From contig CAVRCJ010000008.1 of assembly GCA_963719515.1 (NCBI GenBank), positions 1 through 64,000 on the forward strand: a stretch of DNA of 64,000 bases, written 5' to 3'. Origin of the DNA: an uncultured cyanobacterium (lineage in GTDB: Bacteria > Cyanobacteriota > Cyanobacteriia > CAKZMO01). The position numbers and the translations under genes are program-made. Below, piece after piece: positions 52,519 through 63,780 of this stretch (position 1 is the first letter of the stretch; every line of letters begins with the position of its first letter). The notes beneath the pieces are model-generated. The model searched no databases, was not told the origin of the DNA, and saw only the letters and a list, made by a program, of their open reading frames with translations.

Positions 52519-52968
52519 CTATTCGACGTGGCGCTTGCTGATTAGTAGGCAGTTGCGCTGGTCTGGAACCCGCGTATATTCAATCGTGTCCGCAATTCGC
52601 TTCATTAGCCCTAGCCCTCGCCCTCCCGCCGCCTCCTGGTTGAGCTTGAGGGATGCCTGCTCGATGTAGTCGTCAAAGTTGAATCCTGGACCGTGATCCC
52701 AGATACGAATTTCGAAAATATCGTCATAGATGCGAATTTCAATTTCTACCGGCGTCTCGGGGGGCTTACCCTCGTGAGCGTGGCGTACCGCATTGGTAAA
52801 TCCCTCTGCTAAGGCAAGCTGGCAGGGAAGCCAGACGGAGTGCGGAAGAACTGGATCCTGAAATTGATCAAACCACGAGAGGACCCGGGGCAGCGCGTTT
52901 AGATCGGTGGAGACCTGGATAGACGATTTCTGAGACAGCTTCAACGGTGCACATTCCTCACTATGCAT
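52519..52968 (-). CDS. RsbW-like anti-sigma factor / Ser kinase (HmpW-like)
   Basis: LALAEGFTNAVRHAH, IWDHGPGF and GGRGLGLM motifs; start uncertain. Confidence 0.85.
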   Translation of the reverse strand: MHSEECAPLKLSQKSSIQVSTDLNALPRVLSWFDQFQDPVLPHSVWLPCQLALAEGFTNAVRHAHEGKPPETPVEIEIRIYDDIFEIRIWDHGPGFNFDDYIEQASLKLNQEAAGGRGLGLMKRIADTIEYTRVPDQRNCLLISKRHVE

Positions 52969-53263
52969 CAATAAACTTATCCCGAAATTTGGTTTATAAC
53001 CATCAATCGAGTACAACTAATGTAAACGCCTCCCTTCCTTTCTCTAAGGTACGCTGAATGAACCTGAATCATCAACGGTAGGATGAGAGGCTAAAGCGCT
53101 ATTTATCCCTATCTTCAGCAAAGATTCATTTGAGCCTATTGAGTTCGTCCGGTATGACCTGCTGCAATGGTGTAGCGAATATAGAGTCTTGCTCTCTAAA
53201 TACTCGGTCGGCGTTGCTGCAACGCTAACTCAAATCCTAAAGTAACGTCCCGTCGCAGATGCC

Positions 53264-54409
53264 ATGTCAAAAATTCTCGTCATTGACGACGATCTAAAAG
53301 TTCTAGCCTTTCTCAAAAAGTCGCTTCAGGGACAAGACGCCGAAGTAATTGTGGCAGATGATGGCCAAACAGGACTAGATTTGGCCCGCAGTATCCGCCC
53401 CAGCTTGATCATCTGTGACTGGTTGATGCCGGGGCTAGATGGACTAGAGGTCTGCCGGCAGGTGAAAGCGGACCCTACCCTAGCAACCACCTTCTTCATC
53501 GTGCTGTCAGCCAAGGGAGGCGTTAAGGACCGCGTTCAGGGGCTCAATACCGGCGCAGATGACTTTTTAGCCAAGCCCGTCGATCTGAGCGAACTGCGGG
53601 CCAGGGTCAAAGCCGGTCTGCGGCTTCACCAGCTCAGTAAGGATCTGCAGCACCAAAAGGAGCTGCTAGAAGCTGAACTCCAGGAGGCAGCGGACTACGT
53701 GCGATCGCTGCTCCCCGCCCCAATGAAGCAGCCGCTGGAAATCACCTCTCGCTTTGTCCCTTCCCGTCAGCTGGGGGGAGACTGCTTCGACTATTATTGG
53801 CTCGACCCAGACTACCTGGCCATTTACCTGCTGGACGTCTCGGGGCACGGGCTGGGCGCTGCCCTACCCTCCATCTCAGTTCAAAACGTGCTGCGATCGC
53901 AGTCGCTTCCCGACGTCAACTTCTACCGCCCCGCTTCGGTACTGCAGGGCCTCAACGAAGCCTTTCAGATGAACGACCAGAACGATAAGTATTTCACCAT
54001 GTGGTACGGCGTCTACAACCACCGCCGGCGCTTCTTGACCTACGCCAGCGCGGGTCACCCCCCCGCTATCCTGGTTGCGGAGGATGCCGAGGGGGCGCTG
54101 CAGGCGACGCGGCTGCGCACTCCCAATCTTCCTATCGGCATGATGACCAACGCCACCTACGACGGCGATCGCTGCTCGATTCCCGTCAACAGCAGTTTGT
54201 ATGTGTTTAGCGACGGCGCGTATGAGAGCTTTGACTACAATATGGACCCAGCGGACTACGTCTGGGGCCTAGACGAGTTTGTTACGCTGCTGTTGGCTCA
54301 CCACGGCAAGAGCACCAGTCTCGACAATATCCTCTCAGACATCCGAAAAACGCGTCAGCAAAACACGTTTCCTGACGACCTCTCGCTTTTGCAGATCACC
54401 TTCATCTAA
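53264..54409 (+). CDS. receiver plus SpoIIE/PP2C phosphatase (HmpU-like)
   Basis: ILVIDDD..CDWLMP; LGGDCF, DVSGHG, SAGHPP, FSDG and DDLSLL motifs. Confidence 0.9.
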   Translation: MSKILVIDDDLKVLAFLKKSLQGQDAEVIVADDGQTGLDLARSIRPSLIICDWLMPGLDGLEVCRQVKADPTLATTFFIVLSAKGGVKDRVQGLNTGADDFLAKPVDLSELRARVKAGLRLHQLSKDLQHQKELLEAELQEAADYVRSLLPAPMKQPLEITSRFVPSRQLGGDCFDYYWLDPDYLAIYLLDVSGHGLGAALPSISVQNVLRSQSLPDVNFYRPASVLQGLNEAFQMNDQNDKYFTMWYGVYNHRRRFLTYASAGHPPAILVAEDAEGALQATRLRTPNLPIGMMTNATYDGDRCSIPVNSSLYVFSDGAYESFDYNMDPADYVWGLDEFVTLLLAHHGKSTSLDNILSDIRKTRQQNTFPDDLSLLQITFI

Positions 54410-54455
54410 ACTTTGAGAGAGATTTGAGACTTGTGCCTACGCTAGCCCATCTATC

Positions 54456-55511
54456 ATGCCGCCGCCTTGGAGCGCTCTCCACGCCCGCTTACACCACACG
54501 CTGCATCAGCGTCAGCTGCTCCCCCCGTCAAGCCGCGTCTTAGTCGCTGTCTCAGGCGGACAAGACTCCCTTGCCCTCGTGCAGCTGCTGCTGGATCTGC
54601 GGCGCAAGTGGCAGTGGACCCTAGCGATCGCCCATTGCGACCACCGCTGGCGGCCTGATTCGGCCCGCAACGCTGCCCATGTGTCTCGGCTCGCGCAGGA
54701 GTGGAAGCTACCGTGCCACCTGAGGACGGCCTCAGTCGAAGCGGCCATGACCAGCGAAGCCGCCGCCCGCGACTGGCGCTACCGGGAACTGGCTACTGTG
54801 GCCTGCGAGCAGGGCTATCCCTACCTCGTCACGGGCCATACGGCGAGCGATCGCGCTGAAACGCTGCTGTACAACCTAGTCCGGGGCAGTGGGGCAGACG
54901 GGCTGCAGGCGCTGACCTGGCGGCGGGAGCTGAAAGTGGAGCCTGCAGCTTCACTGTGGCTTGTTCGGCCTTTGCTGGACATGCTGCGCCAGGAGACGGC
55001 TCAAGTTTGCGCCACCTACCAGCTGCCGGTCTGGGACGATGAGACGAACCGGGAGCTGCGCTACGCTCGCAACCGCGTCCGCCACGAGCTATTGCCCTAT
55101 CTGGCAGCCTCATTTAATCCCAGCGTCGAGCGCACCCTAGCCCAAACCGCCGAAGTGCTGCAGGCAGACGTCGCCTACCTGGAGGCTCAAGTTGATTTGC
55201 TTTGGACCCAGGCTGTGCGGGAGTCCGACACCCAAGGTATCGCTGTGGCGCTGCAGCGATACAGCCTCCATCGTCTGGCGCTGCAAATGGCACCGCTAGC
55301 GCTACAGCGGCGCTTGCTGCGGCGACTGTTTCGCCAAGCCAGCATCGCCCCATCTTTCAAGCTGATTGAGGCTTTGCTTGGCCTTATCGATGGCCCCAAC
55401 GGATCTCAAACGTCCCCCCTTCACAGGAGCGCCATCGGCCGGGTAGAGGGGGATTGGATCGTGTTTAGGAGGCTGCCAGCTGGGGAGAAGGATCATCGTC
55501 CATCTGGCTAA
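54456..55511 (+). CDS. tilS: tRNA(Ile)-lysidine synthetase
   Basis: VAVSGGQDS, EAAARDWRY, TGHTASDRAET, VRPLL and RNRVR motifs. Confidence 0.93.
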   Translation: MPPPWSALHARLHHTLHQRQLLPPSSRVLVAVSGGQDSLALVQLLLDLRRKWQWTLAIAHCDHRWRPDSARNAAHVSRLAQEWKLPCHLRTASVEAAMTSEAAARDWRYRELATVACEQGYPYLVTGHTASDRAETLLYNLVRGSGADGLQALTWRRELKVEPAASLWLVRPLLDMLRQETAQVCATYQLPVWDDETNRELRYARNRVRHELLPYLAASFNPSVERTLAQTAEVLQADVAYLEAQVDLLWTQAVRESDTQGIAVALQRYSLHRLALQMAPLALQRRLLRRLFRQASIAPSFKLIEALLGLIDGPNGSQTSPLHRSAIGRVEGDWIVFRRLPAGEKDHRPSG

Positions 55512-57216
55512 TGGTCGTACGCGCTTCAGAGAGTGCCTGCGCATGCTCGGTCTGAGCCGTCTGTAGGCGCTCTGAGGCCTCAGACATAGACGGCAACCGG
55601 TTTCGCAAGTCATCAAACGCATCTTGAACCGGCTGGAGGATCTCTTCGTAGAGCCGAACCTTCCCCTCCGCTTGGGCGACGGCGGCGCGATCGCTCTCCA
55701 GGCTAGTATCCTCCTGCTTAAGCTGAGCTAGCTCCTCGTCTAGAGACGCCTTGCGCGCCTGAACGGCGGCTTCGGAGTCGCCGAGCTCACCTTCTAGTCC
55801 CTCAACCTCGCTCTGGAGCTCTTGAGCGCGCTGGGAGAGGGTTGCACAAACCGCATTGGCCTGAGAGAGGGCAAGGTTGGCGTCGAGATCAGTTGAACTG
55901 TCTTCTAGCGGCTGACCTTGGCGCTGCGCCAGCACGGCCCGATGGCGCTTCAGCAGCAGCTCTCGCTCTTGGAGGTTGCGGCGCTGCCCCACGAGGGTGT
56001 GGTTCAGCATTTGATAACTTTCCCTTTCGTCCGAGAGCTGGGTTTCGAGCTGTAGGCGATCGTATTCGTTAGCGCCAGCAGCCTTCGCGCTTAGCTCATC
56101 AATGGTCTGCTGCTGTAGGTTCAGCTCTTCTTCTTGAGAACTGACAAACTGAGAGCTTTTCTCAAAGTCCTGCTCAAGCTCAGCCACCTTCTTCTGCAGA
56201 GCTTCTAGCGGCATTTCCTGCAGCGCCGAGAGGTCAATTTTGTCCTCTAGAGACAGCGGCGTCCCGGGCATTCCTTTCAGCTGCTGTAGGAGATCGGCCT
56301 GCTGTTGAGCCGCAGTCGAAAACAGCTGTAGTGCCCCGCGCTGCGCCGCCAGCGTCGCCTTCTTGGCGCTAAGGCTAGCGGCCTCTTGTTGCCAAGACGC
56401 CTCTGTCTCGTGCCAGCTCTGCCAGCGAGACTGGAGCTGCTGGGCGCGCTCCTCTAGCTGCGCCTGCTGAGCGTTGAGGGTATTTCGCTGCGCTTCAAAG
56501 GTCTGCCAATGCTGCTCGAGACGCTGCTGCTGCTGTTCAACAAGCTCACCGTACTGACCTAGGGACTGGGGGAGTAGCTCAGGGGAAAGGGTATTTAGAT
56601 CGCTTAGACCCGACAGGCGCTCCAGCATCTGACGCAGATATTCCACCTGCTCGGGATCGCTACTTTGGCTGTCTCCCTGGCGCTCATCGAGCCGTCGCCG
56701 CTCTCCGTTGAGCTGCGCCCAAGCGCCCTCAAGTTCTTGGCTTTTGCGCTCAAATTCCGCCTGCAGCTGATCGACCTCGCCGCGAGCGGTCTCAATTTCC
56801 TGACGCTGTTGCTCAAGACGCTCAAAGTCCTCCTCCATCTGCTCTAGCTCTTCTTGCCGCGTCTCTAGCTCTAGCTCTCGGCGATTGAGCTCTTGGCTTT
56901 GATAGGTGAGCGACTGTTTCCACTGCTCAATTTCCTCTTCTTGAGTCTTTGACTTTTCTTGAAGTCGAGAAAAATGCTGCAGGATGTTGACCAGCTGCCG
57001 CCCCGCGTCAGAATGTCTCTGAACCTGACGGTTATTGCTCAGGTCAACCATAACGAGCGTACCGGAGCTGTACGGAACGTCGTCGGGAGCTGGGATAATG
57101 TCTTCGTTGACTGCGGCCCAGGAATTTTCCGACCGTTGACACGCGAGGAGGCGAAACTCTGCTTTGCTACTCCCGAGTACTCTGGTCTTTTTCTGTACTT
57201 CCGCTAAATACAGCAC
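55465..57216 (-). CDS. hmpF: pilus motility/taxis coiled-coil protein HmpF
   Basis: MLYLAEVQK..LLACQR, EEIEQWKQSLTYQSQELNRRE; divergent from the patA-cheY-cheW-MCP-cheA cluster. Confidence 0.85.
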   Translation of the reverse strand: MLYLAEVQKKTRVLGSSKAEFRLLACQRSENSWAAVNEDIIPAPDDVPYSSGTLVMVDLSNNRQVQRHSDAGRQLVNILQHFSRLQEKSKTQEEEIEQWKQSLTYQSQELNRRELELETRQEELEQMEEDFERLEQQRQEIETARGEVDQLQAEFERKSQELEGAWAQLNGERRRLDERQGDSQSSDPEQVEYLRQMLERLSGLSDLNTLSPELLPQSLGQYGELVEQQQQRLEQHWQTFEAQRNTLNAQQAQLEERAQQLQSRWQSWHETEASWQQEAASLSAKKATLAAQRGALQLFSTAAQQQADLLQQLKGMPGTPLSLEDKIDLSALQEMPLEALQKKVAELEQDFEKSSQFVSSQEEELNLQQQTIDELSAKAAGANEYDRLQLETQLSDERESYQMLNHTLVGQRRNLQERELLLKRHRAVLAQRQGQPLEDSSTDLDANLALSQANAVCATLSQRAQELQSEVEGLEGELGDSEAAVQARKASLDEELAQLKQEDTSLESDRAAVAQAEGKVRLYEEILQPVQDAFDDLRNRLPSMSEASERLQTAQTEHAQALSEARTTISQMDDDPSPQLAAS

Positions 57217-57736
57217 GTTGACAATCTCCTGAATCTCTAGAACCTAATACTCCAACGTCTTACCGCACAAGCCAGTGTAACGTGACACAATTTATACACC
57301 AACCGACTACACACTGACGACTCTAGATCCCCTTTGCCGTGCCTAAGATTATGCGTGACTCTACCTGAATCGACAAGAGCGCAGCTTTTAGATGGGCCTA
57401 ACTTGGACTTTATAGCGCCCAACTTTCGAGGGCCAACGTATATTGATGTCTTTGATGTCGGACTGTTTTACAGCGAAGCCAACCTGTCGGAGGATTGCCT
57501 CCACGGAGCAAGCTACATACCAGACCAGCGCTGATGCCGTATCCTGCGGGATACTGGCAGAACATTGACTAAAATTTCCGGGAAGACCCCCAGGCATGGC
57601 GCACCCATATTATTATGCACCATCTGAACGATCTCATATTAAAGTGCTGTAATCTACAAAAGAGCGTGGTCCGCTGAGCAGTGTGGTGCTGTAGTTACTC
57701 GATGTGAAACGGTAAATAGGGGGTTGGGCTGACGGC

Positions 57737-58915
57737 ATGCAGGGAAACTTGAACGAGATAGATATTCGCAGCATCCTGCAGCTTGTCGAGCTAGGCCAGC
57801 GGACCGGAGAGCTATTTGTGGAGACGTATCAGCAAGACGCCCCACCTCACGTCGGCTCAACGCCCAAAGCCTCATGGTTTGTCTTTTTTGACAATGGCCG
57901 AATTGTTTACGCCGCCAGTGGACAAGATAGTACCCTACAGCGGCTGCGGGATTATCTGCACCGGTATCGGCTAGTATCGACTCTCGATGAACTCAGCAGT
58001 CCGGCGATCGCCACCGTCCACGCGCCCGAGTATGGCTATTTGTGGGCGCTGTTGGAGCAGCACGCCCTGACGCCCGCCCAAGGACGAGTCATTCTGCGCA
58101 GCATGATCCGGGAAACGCTGTTCGATCTCCTCGGTCTCCACGACGGCAAGTTTACGTTCGAGGTCGGTCCGTCCCTCGCGCCCCAGCTGCTGACCCTAGA
58201 TATTGGTCCTTTGGTGAAAGATATCGTCAAGCAGGTACAGCTGTGGAAGCAGCTGCACCCCCACGTGCGATCGCCAGAGGCTCGTCCCGTCGTCGTCAAT
58301 GCCGAGCCCCTTAGGCATGTCCTCAAGCCCGAAACGGTCAACGCTTTGAGTCGCTGGGCCGACGGACGCACGTCGCTCCGCCAAATCTCTCGGTATCTCA
58401 GTCAAGACATTGCCATGCTGGCCAAAGCCATCTATCCCTACGTCCAGCAGGGGGTTGTTCAACTGGCAATGCCGGACTCACTCGCCCCCTCGTCTACTCT
58501 GTTTGAGGAGCACCAGCCCTACATTCTGTGCATTGATGACGGGCTCGTCCTGCGCCAAACTGTCGAAAACATTCTCACGCACCACGGCTACCGGGTGGCC
58601 TCCATTGGGGAGCCTATTGAGGCCCTCAGCCTGACTATTCGAACTCGACCAGACCTAATTTTGTGCGACATCGCGATGCCTGAGTTAGACGGCTACGAAA
58701 TTTGCGCCATGCTCCGGCAAGTGAGCATGTTTCGGCAAACGCCGATCATCATGCTCACGGGACGAGATGGCTTTATAGATCGAGTAAGAGCTCGAATGGT
58801 GGGCGCTACGGATTATTTGACGAAGCCATTCGGCCCTCAAGAGCTCGTGACTCTAGTCGAAAAGTACAGCGCTGGAACGCAGCAGTCAGCCTTTTCGAGG
58901 GAAATCAATGCTTAG
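57737..58915 (+). CDS. PatA-family response regulator (HmpA/PilG-like)
   Basis: MQGNLNEIDIRSILQL PATAN-type N terminus; C-terminal receiver domain. Confidence 0.88.
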   Translation: MQGNLNEIDIRSILQLVELGQRTGELFVETYQQDAPPHVGSTPKASWFVFFDNGRIVYAASGQDSTLQRLRDYLHRYRLVSTLDELSSPAIATVHAPEYGYLWALLEQHALTPAQGRVILRSMIRETLFDLLGLHDGKFTFEVGPSLAPQLLTLDIGPLVKDIVKQVQLWKQLHPHVRSPEARPVVVNAEPLRHVLKPETVNALSRWADGRTSLRQISRYLSQDIAMLAKAIYPYVQQGVVQLAMPDSLAPSSTLFEEHQPYILCIDDGLVLRQTVENILTHHGYRVASIGEPIEALSLTIRTRPDLILCDIAMPELDGYEICAMLRQVSMFRQTPIIMLTGRDGFIDRVRARMVGATDYLTKPFGPQELVTLVEKYSAGTQQSAFSREINA

Positions 58916-59256
58916 CCTGCGGGGCGCAGCACTGTAACATTGGGGCATGCTGATCTAAACCCTGTGGCATCGGGCCTTTGGACGATGGAGATTCTAGCGG
59001 CTTCAGCCGCAGGGGATGTTAACGCTCTATGATAGGTAACTAAAACCATGAAGTAGTCGAGAGGCGATCGTCGCTTTGATGGTTGATCTGGCCGCTTTGC
59101 AGTCTGGTCGACAAGCCGCGTCAGCAGATAGGCGATGCCGCTGCAGAGACTTGCCTCTGGCGATCGCGGTTTTAGCAGGAGCCGTTGTCTAGTACTTGTG
59201 CGATAGGGAATAATTTTAGCTCTCTCAAGGACGAGGGGAGTGGTAGGTAAGGCAAT

Positions 59257-59622
59257 ATGAGCAAAATTCTAGTCGTTGAAGATAGCGTCACTCAGCGGGA
59301 GATGATCAGCGATTTGCTTCAGGGAAGTGGACTTGAGGTTACCGTTGCCAATGACGGGATTGACGCTTTAGAAAAAATTCAGGGACATTTGCCTGACTTA
59401 GTGGTGCTGGACATTGTGATGCCCCGCATGAATGGTTACGAAGTATGTCGCCGGCTCAAGGCAGATCCCAATACGCAGGCTGTTCCTGTGGTAATGTGCT
59501 CTTCTAAAGGGGAAGAGTTCGATCGCTATTGGGGTATGAAACAGGGCGCTGACGCCTACATCGCAAAGCCGTTTCAGCCTACTGAGCTTGTTGGGACCGT
59601 GAAGCAGCTGTTGCGAGGGTAA
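59257..59622 (+). CDS. CheY-like response regulator (HmpB/PilH-like)
   Basis: Single receiver domain; DRYWGMKQGADAYIAKPF. Confidence 0.92.
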   Translation: MSKILVVEDSVTQREMISDLLQGSGLEVTVANDGIDALEKIQGHLPDLVVLDIVMPRMNGYEVCRRLKADPNTQAVPVVMCSSKGEEFDRYWGMKQGADAYIAKPFQPTELVGTVKQLLRG

Positions 59623-59762
59623 TCGTCGTTTAAATTGTCGCGTGAAAGCTATACCGTTTTCGGCTGAATTGACGTCGTGGATTGATGTCTCCCATAGACC
59701 TAAAGCCTCCCATGTAGGCTGCTTTTGCGCCCTATCTACAGTTAATATCAATCTAAATCACC

Positions 59763-60341
59763 ATGGTGGGCAATCCAGACTTTTTAACCGCAAAGGAGCA
59801 GGGGCAGGTTCCAGACATTCAGGAGCTAGATAGCCCTGAGGGTGAACTCTATCTTCGCTTTTTGACGGCGTCGGAAAGTCAGTTTGCGCTCCCCGCGACT
59901 GGCATTCTTGAGGTGGTGTCGCCATCACCAGAGCAGATTACGCCGATTCCCAACATCTCGCCGCTGCTGCTTGGCACGCTCAACATGCGTGGGCGCGTAA
60001 TTTGGGTTGCCGATTTGGGGCAATTTTTAGGGGAGGAAACGCGGCTGCCCCTTGAGCGTTTTGAGCTTCCTGTGATCGCGGTCGAAGACCAAGACATTCG
60101 CCTAGGGCTAGCGGTTGACCAAATTATTGATATGGACTGGTTGAGTCTAGATGAGATTCAGGTTTCCACTAACGTTCCCGACAGGATGGCTCCCTTTATT
60201 CGAGGAGAATGGCTGCTTCCTGACGGCGATGAGTCTGAGCGCAGTCCTGTCTCCGGGGGCCGGTCGACCCCAGCTGGAAGCCATCCCCTCAGACTTTTAG
60301 ATCAGATGGCTATTTTGCGCTCAGCTCGCTGGGCGGCTTAG
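59763..60341 (+). CDS. CheW-like protein (HmpC/PilI-like)
   Basis: ITPIPN..LLGTLNMRGRVIWVADL and LGLAVD motifs. Confidence 0.9.
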   Translation: MVGNPDFLTAKEQGQVPDIQELDSPEGELYLRFLTASESQFALPATGILEVVSPSPEQITPIPNISPLLLGTLNMRGRVIWVADLGQFLGEETRLPLERFELPVIAVEDQDIRLGLAVDQIIDMDWLSLDEIQVSTNVPDRMAPFIRGEWLLPDGDESERSPVSGGRSTPAGSHPLRLLDQMAILRSARWAA

Positions 60342-60571
60342 GCAGAGTGGCTCAGCCAAGCCAATCAGCTAGACTAAATTTAAATCTTCGGGGGATGGCG
60401 TAGATGCTGACGGGAGTATTGGACAAATAGAGACGTGCTAGACCAACGACGTGCTAAAGACTAGATACGTGATAATAGACTGCATGCCGTTCGCGCGAGC
60501 AACTCACAGTCACTCGACGTTGGTTACTAATCAAATCACGATAGAGCGCTTGTTCAAGCCGGAGAAAGGAT

Positions 60572-63550
60572 ATGGAACTAGGCACCGAGTACGCAGATGA
60601 ATACCAACGCGCAGAGCGATCGTATATGCAGGGGCATTACGAGGATGCTGCCGCTACTGTCGACCGGCTAGCCGAGGCGTATCCAGAGGATGTCAGCGTT
60701 CGCTTGCTTAAAGGCCACATCTACTGCTACGGACTGCAAAGCTACGAGATTGCCCAGGAGCAGTACAAGGCCGTCATGGCGCTGACAAGCGACGACGAAT
60801 ACTTGGACTACGCCAGGAATGGCTTGACCTACGCTAGCCAATTTACTGAGTCCCCTGATGGGGCTACGGGCGAAGGCGAGGCGGATGCACCATCCTATAG
60901 CGATGACGGCGACAGCATCAACGAGACCGTGCGGGAATCTTGGGACAGTCTAGGTCTACCAGAAGATGACGAGATTTTTTCTGCCGGTGCTGACGATCCC
61001 TTCCAGATTGACGAGGGAGAGGGGGAAGGTTCCGCTCCGCCAGAGGTGGCACCAGAGGTGGCGGTAGATGACCCTATCGTTCTTGGCAGTGGCGCTGCCG
61101 TCAGCGCTGACGGCAGCGATGACGAGCTGCAGGAATTTTCCTTCGACGATTCGGCTCTTTTTGAGGCAGATGCGCCCGCTGATGGTGAGGTAAGGCGATC
61201 GCCCCGCGCTTCTAGCGAACTCAGCTTCGATCCCTTTGCGATGGATAACTTCAACGTCTCGGAAGACGACGCAGACAGCGATGCCGAACTCGATAGCGCC
61301 GTAGAAGATTTGTTTGCCGTTGATATGGAGGGTGACACCTTAGGTGAGGTCTCGGGTGAGATGTCTCCATTTCAAGAAGATGCCTTTACGATGTCTTCGT
61401 CAGGAGGCGATGACGCTGAGCCTACGATGGTCGAGCCTGAGCCCGCCGAGCTCTACAGCGAGCCCGGCTACGACAGCTATGACCAATCGTACAGTGACGA
61501 ATCGTACAGTAGCGCCAGCGACATGCCCCTCAGCGAGGGGAGCCAAAACTTCTCTCAAGCCTTTAACGAAACAGATACGATAGACAGCCCGGCGACCGGA
61601 GCGTACCTGGACGATACGCCCTCTGAAGCTGCTTTTGAGGGGGATCTGACAGAAGAGCAGTTTAGCGCCCCGTTAGGGGATTCGGTTCCTGACGATGCGT
61701 TTGAAGACAGCGAGTTTGGGGCCTATGATGAGTCGCTGACGCCCGCGAGCTTTCCAACGACAGAGGACCCCTCCCTCGCTGACACGACTCCCTCGGCAGG
61801 ACAGGTCCGGGGTAAAGGCTTCGATTTCCTAGATGAGCTGGATGACTTTAACGAGCTAGACGATCTCCCAGACCTAGACTTCTCTGATAACTCAGCCGGG
61901 TTTGCCCGTCCGGCACAGATCGAGTCTGAAGGCGACATTGGCGATGAGGGAAGTGAGATTGGATTTGACTCATCAGAATTCTCCAGGACAGACACTGCCC
62001 TCTCCCAAGACGACGAGGTGTTTTCCCTATCGGGGACAGCCGACGACCTGCCCGCTTTTGCGCAGTCAGGGTCCCAGACCGGCGAGCTAGACGTCACGGT
62101 GGAGCAGGGTTGGCTGGCCCCCTTAGAAAACGCGTCTTTGGGAGCAAAGCGCTTTATTGTGGCTTTGGGCACGGGAATCGTGTCGGCTATAGCCGTGGCG
62201 GTGGTGAGCTACGGGGCGTCCACAGTTTTGGTGGATGAGGACGACCGTAGCGCCGTCACCCAGACGGGATGGATCATGACGCTCGCGGCTGGCGCGGCTG
62301 GATTTGGGACCTCTCTGGTGCTAGGACAGGCCGCTTATCGCTCCGTCGACAAGACCGTCAACGAGCTGCGACATCAGTTTGAGCTGGTCTCGACAGGAAA
62401 CCTCGACGCCCGGTCCAACATCTACTCAGAAGATGAGATGGGCAAGCTAGCGACTGACTTCAACCAAATGTCGCGGGTGATTCTCACGACGACCAGCGAG
62501 GCGCAGCGCAAGGCCGAAGAGCAAGAGCAGGCCAAAGAAGATCTGCAGCGGCAGGTGATTCGGCTGCTGGACGATGTGGAAGGTGCGGCTCGGGGCGATC
62601 TGACGGTGCAGGCGGAGGTCACCGCTGACGTGCTGGGTGCGGTGGCCGATTCCTTTAACCTGACGATTCAAAACCTGCGGGAAATTGTGCAGCAGGTGAA
62701 GCAGGCGGCGCGGCAGGTCAGCAAAGGGTCAACCGAAAACGAAATCTTTGCGCGATCGCTCTCTTCTGACGCCCTGCGACAGGCGGAAGAGCTGGCCGTT
62801 ACCCTCAACTCGGTACAGGTGATGACCAACTCGATTCAGCGGGTGGCCGAGAGCGCCCGTGAGGCGGAGGAAGTGGCCCGCTCCGCTTCGGCCACAGCCA
62901 TTAAGGGCGGCGAATCGGTGGAGCGCACGGTGGCGGGCATTCTGGATATTCGCGAGACGGTGGCCGAGACGACGCGTAAGGTAAAGCGCCTGTCAGAGTC
63001 CTCCCAGGAAATTTCTAAAATTGTGGCGGTGATCTCTTCTATTGCCTCACGCACCAATTTGCTGGCCCTTAACGCCAGCATTGAGGCGGCGCGGGCTGGA
63101 GAAGCGGGTCGCGGATTTGCCATCGTGGCGGATGAGGTCCGTCAGCTGGCGGACCGGGCCGCCAAGGCCTCCAAAGAAATCGAGCAGATTGTCCTGCAGA
63201 TTCAGGGGGAGACCGGCTCGGTGATGACGGCGATGGAGGAGGGCACTCAGCAGGTCATTGCGGGCACCCAGCTCGCGGAGCAGGCGAAGCGATCGCTCGA
63301 CGACATTATTCAGGTGTCTAACCGCATTGATGTCCTGGTGCGCTCAATTACGGCAGACACCGTTGAGCAAACCGAGACCTCCCGCGCGGTCGCCCAGGTG
63401 ATGCAGTCTGTGGAGCTAACCGCTCAGGAAACCTCTCAGGAAGCTCAGCGGGTGTCCGGGTCACTGCAAAATTTAGTAGGCGTTGCCCGAGATCTGCTCA
63501 ACGGTGTTGAGCGCTTCCGCGTCGACTCATCGGAAACCCATTTGAGCTAA
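60572..63550 (+). CDS. methyl-accepting chemotaxis protein with TPR and acidic N-terminal region (HmpD/PilJ-like)
   Basis: TPR-like start, two TMs, [35 protein letters not shown]. Confidence 0.93.
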   Translation: MELGTEYADEYQRAERSYMQGHYEDAAATVDRLAEAYPEDVSVRLLKGHIYCYGLQSYEIAQEQYKAVMALTSDDEYLDYARNGLTYASQFTESPDGATGEGEADAPSYSDDGDSINETVRESWDSLGLPEDDEIFSAGADDPFQIDEGEGEGSAPPEVAPEVAVDDPIVLGSGAAVSADGSDDELQEFSFDDSALFEADAPADGEVRRSPRASSELSFDPFAMDNFNVSEDDADSDAELDSAVEDLFAVDMEGDTLGEVSGEMSPFQEDAFTMSSSGGDDAEPTMVEPEPAELYSEPGYDSYDQSYSDESYSSASDMPLSEGSQNFSQAFNETDTIDSPATGAYLDDTPSEAAFEGDLTEEQFSAPLGDSVPDDAFEDSEFGAYDESLTPASFPTTEDPSLADTTPSAGQVRGKGFDFLDELDDFNELDDLPDLDFSDNSAGFARPAQIESEGDIGDEGSEIGFDSSEFSRTDTALSQDDEVFSLSGTADDLPAFAQSGSQTGELDVTVEQGWLAPLENASLGAKRFIVALGTGIVSAIAVAVVSYGASTVLVDEDDRSAVTQTGWIMTLAAGAAGFGTSLVLGQAAYRSVDKTVNELRHQFELVSTGNLDARSNIYSEDEMGKLATDFNQMSRVILTTTSEAQRKAEEQEQAKEDLQRQVIRLLDDVEGAARGDLTVQAEVTADVLGAVADSFNLTIQNLREIVQQVKQAARQVSKGSTENEIFARSLSSDALRQAEELAVTLNSVQVMTNSIQRVAESAREAEEVARSASATAIKGGESVERTVAGILDIRETVAETTRKVKRLSESSQEISKIVAVISSIASRTNLLALNASIEAARAGEAGRGFAIVADEVRQLADRAAKASKEIEQIVLQIQGETGSVMTAMEEGTQQVIAGTQLAEQAKRSLDDIIQVSNRIDVLVRSITADTVEQTETSRAVAQVMQSVELTAQETSQEAQRVSGSLQNLVGVARDLLNGVERFRVDSSETHLS

Positions 63551-63706
63551 GCTTTGAGGTAACCCGTTTAGGTTAGTCCGGGTTAACCTAAAAATGGGCC
63601 TGACAATGAGTCAGGGGTACCGTTTAGGTCGCGCTGATCGAACCGCTGCCGTGAATGGGTACGTTATCGAGACCCGCGCCGCCATCCCATCAACGCTGAG
63701 GCTACA

Positions 63707-63740
63707 GCACTTCGCTGAATGGCACTTCGCTGAACGGCAC
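63707..63740. repeat. short tandem repeat
   Basis: GCACTTCGCTGAA(T/C)G twice plus GCAC. Confidence 0.6.
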
Positions 63741-63780
63741 ATCACCAAAAGGCGCATTACGTGTTCAAGGGGGTACTTCA

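Noticed and set aside
52519..52968. Naming the anti-sigma factor pmgA
   Set aside because: The N terminus does not match PmgA as I recall it; only generic RsbW motifs are supported
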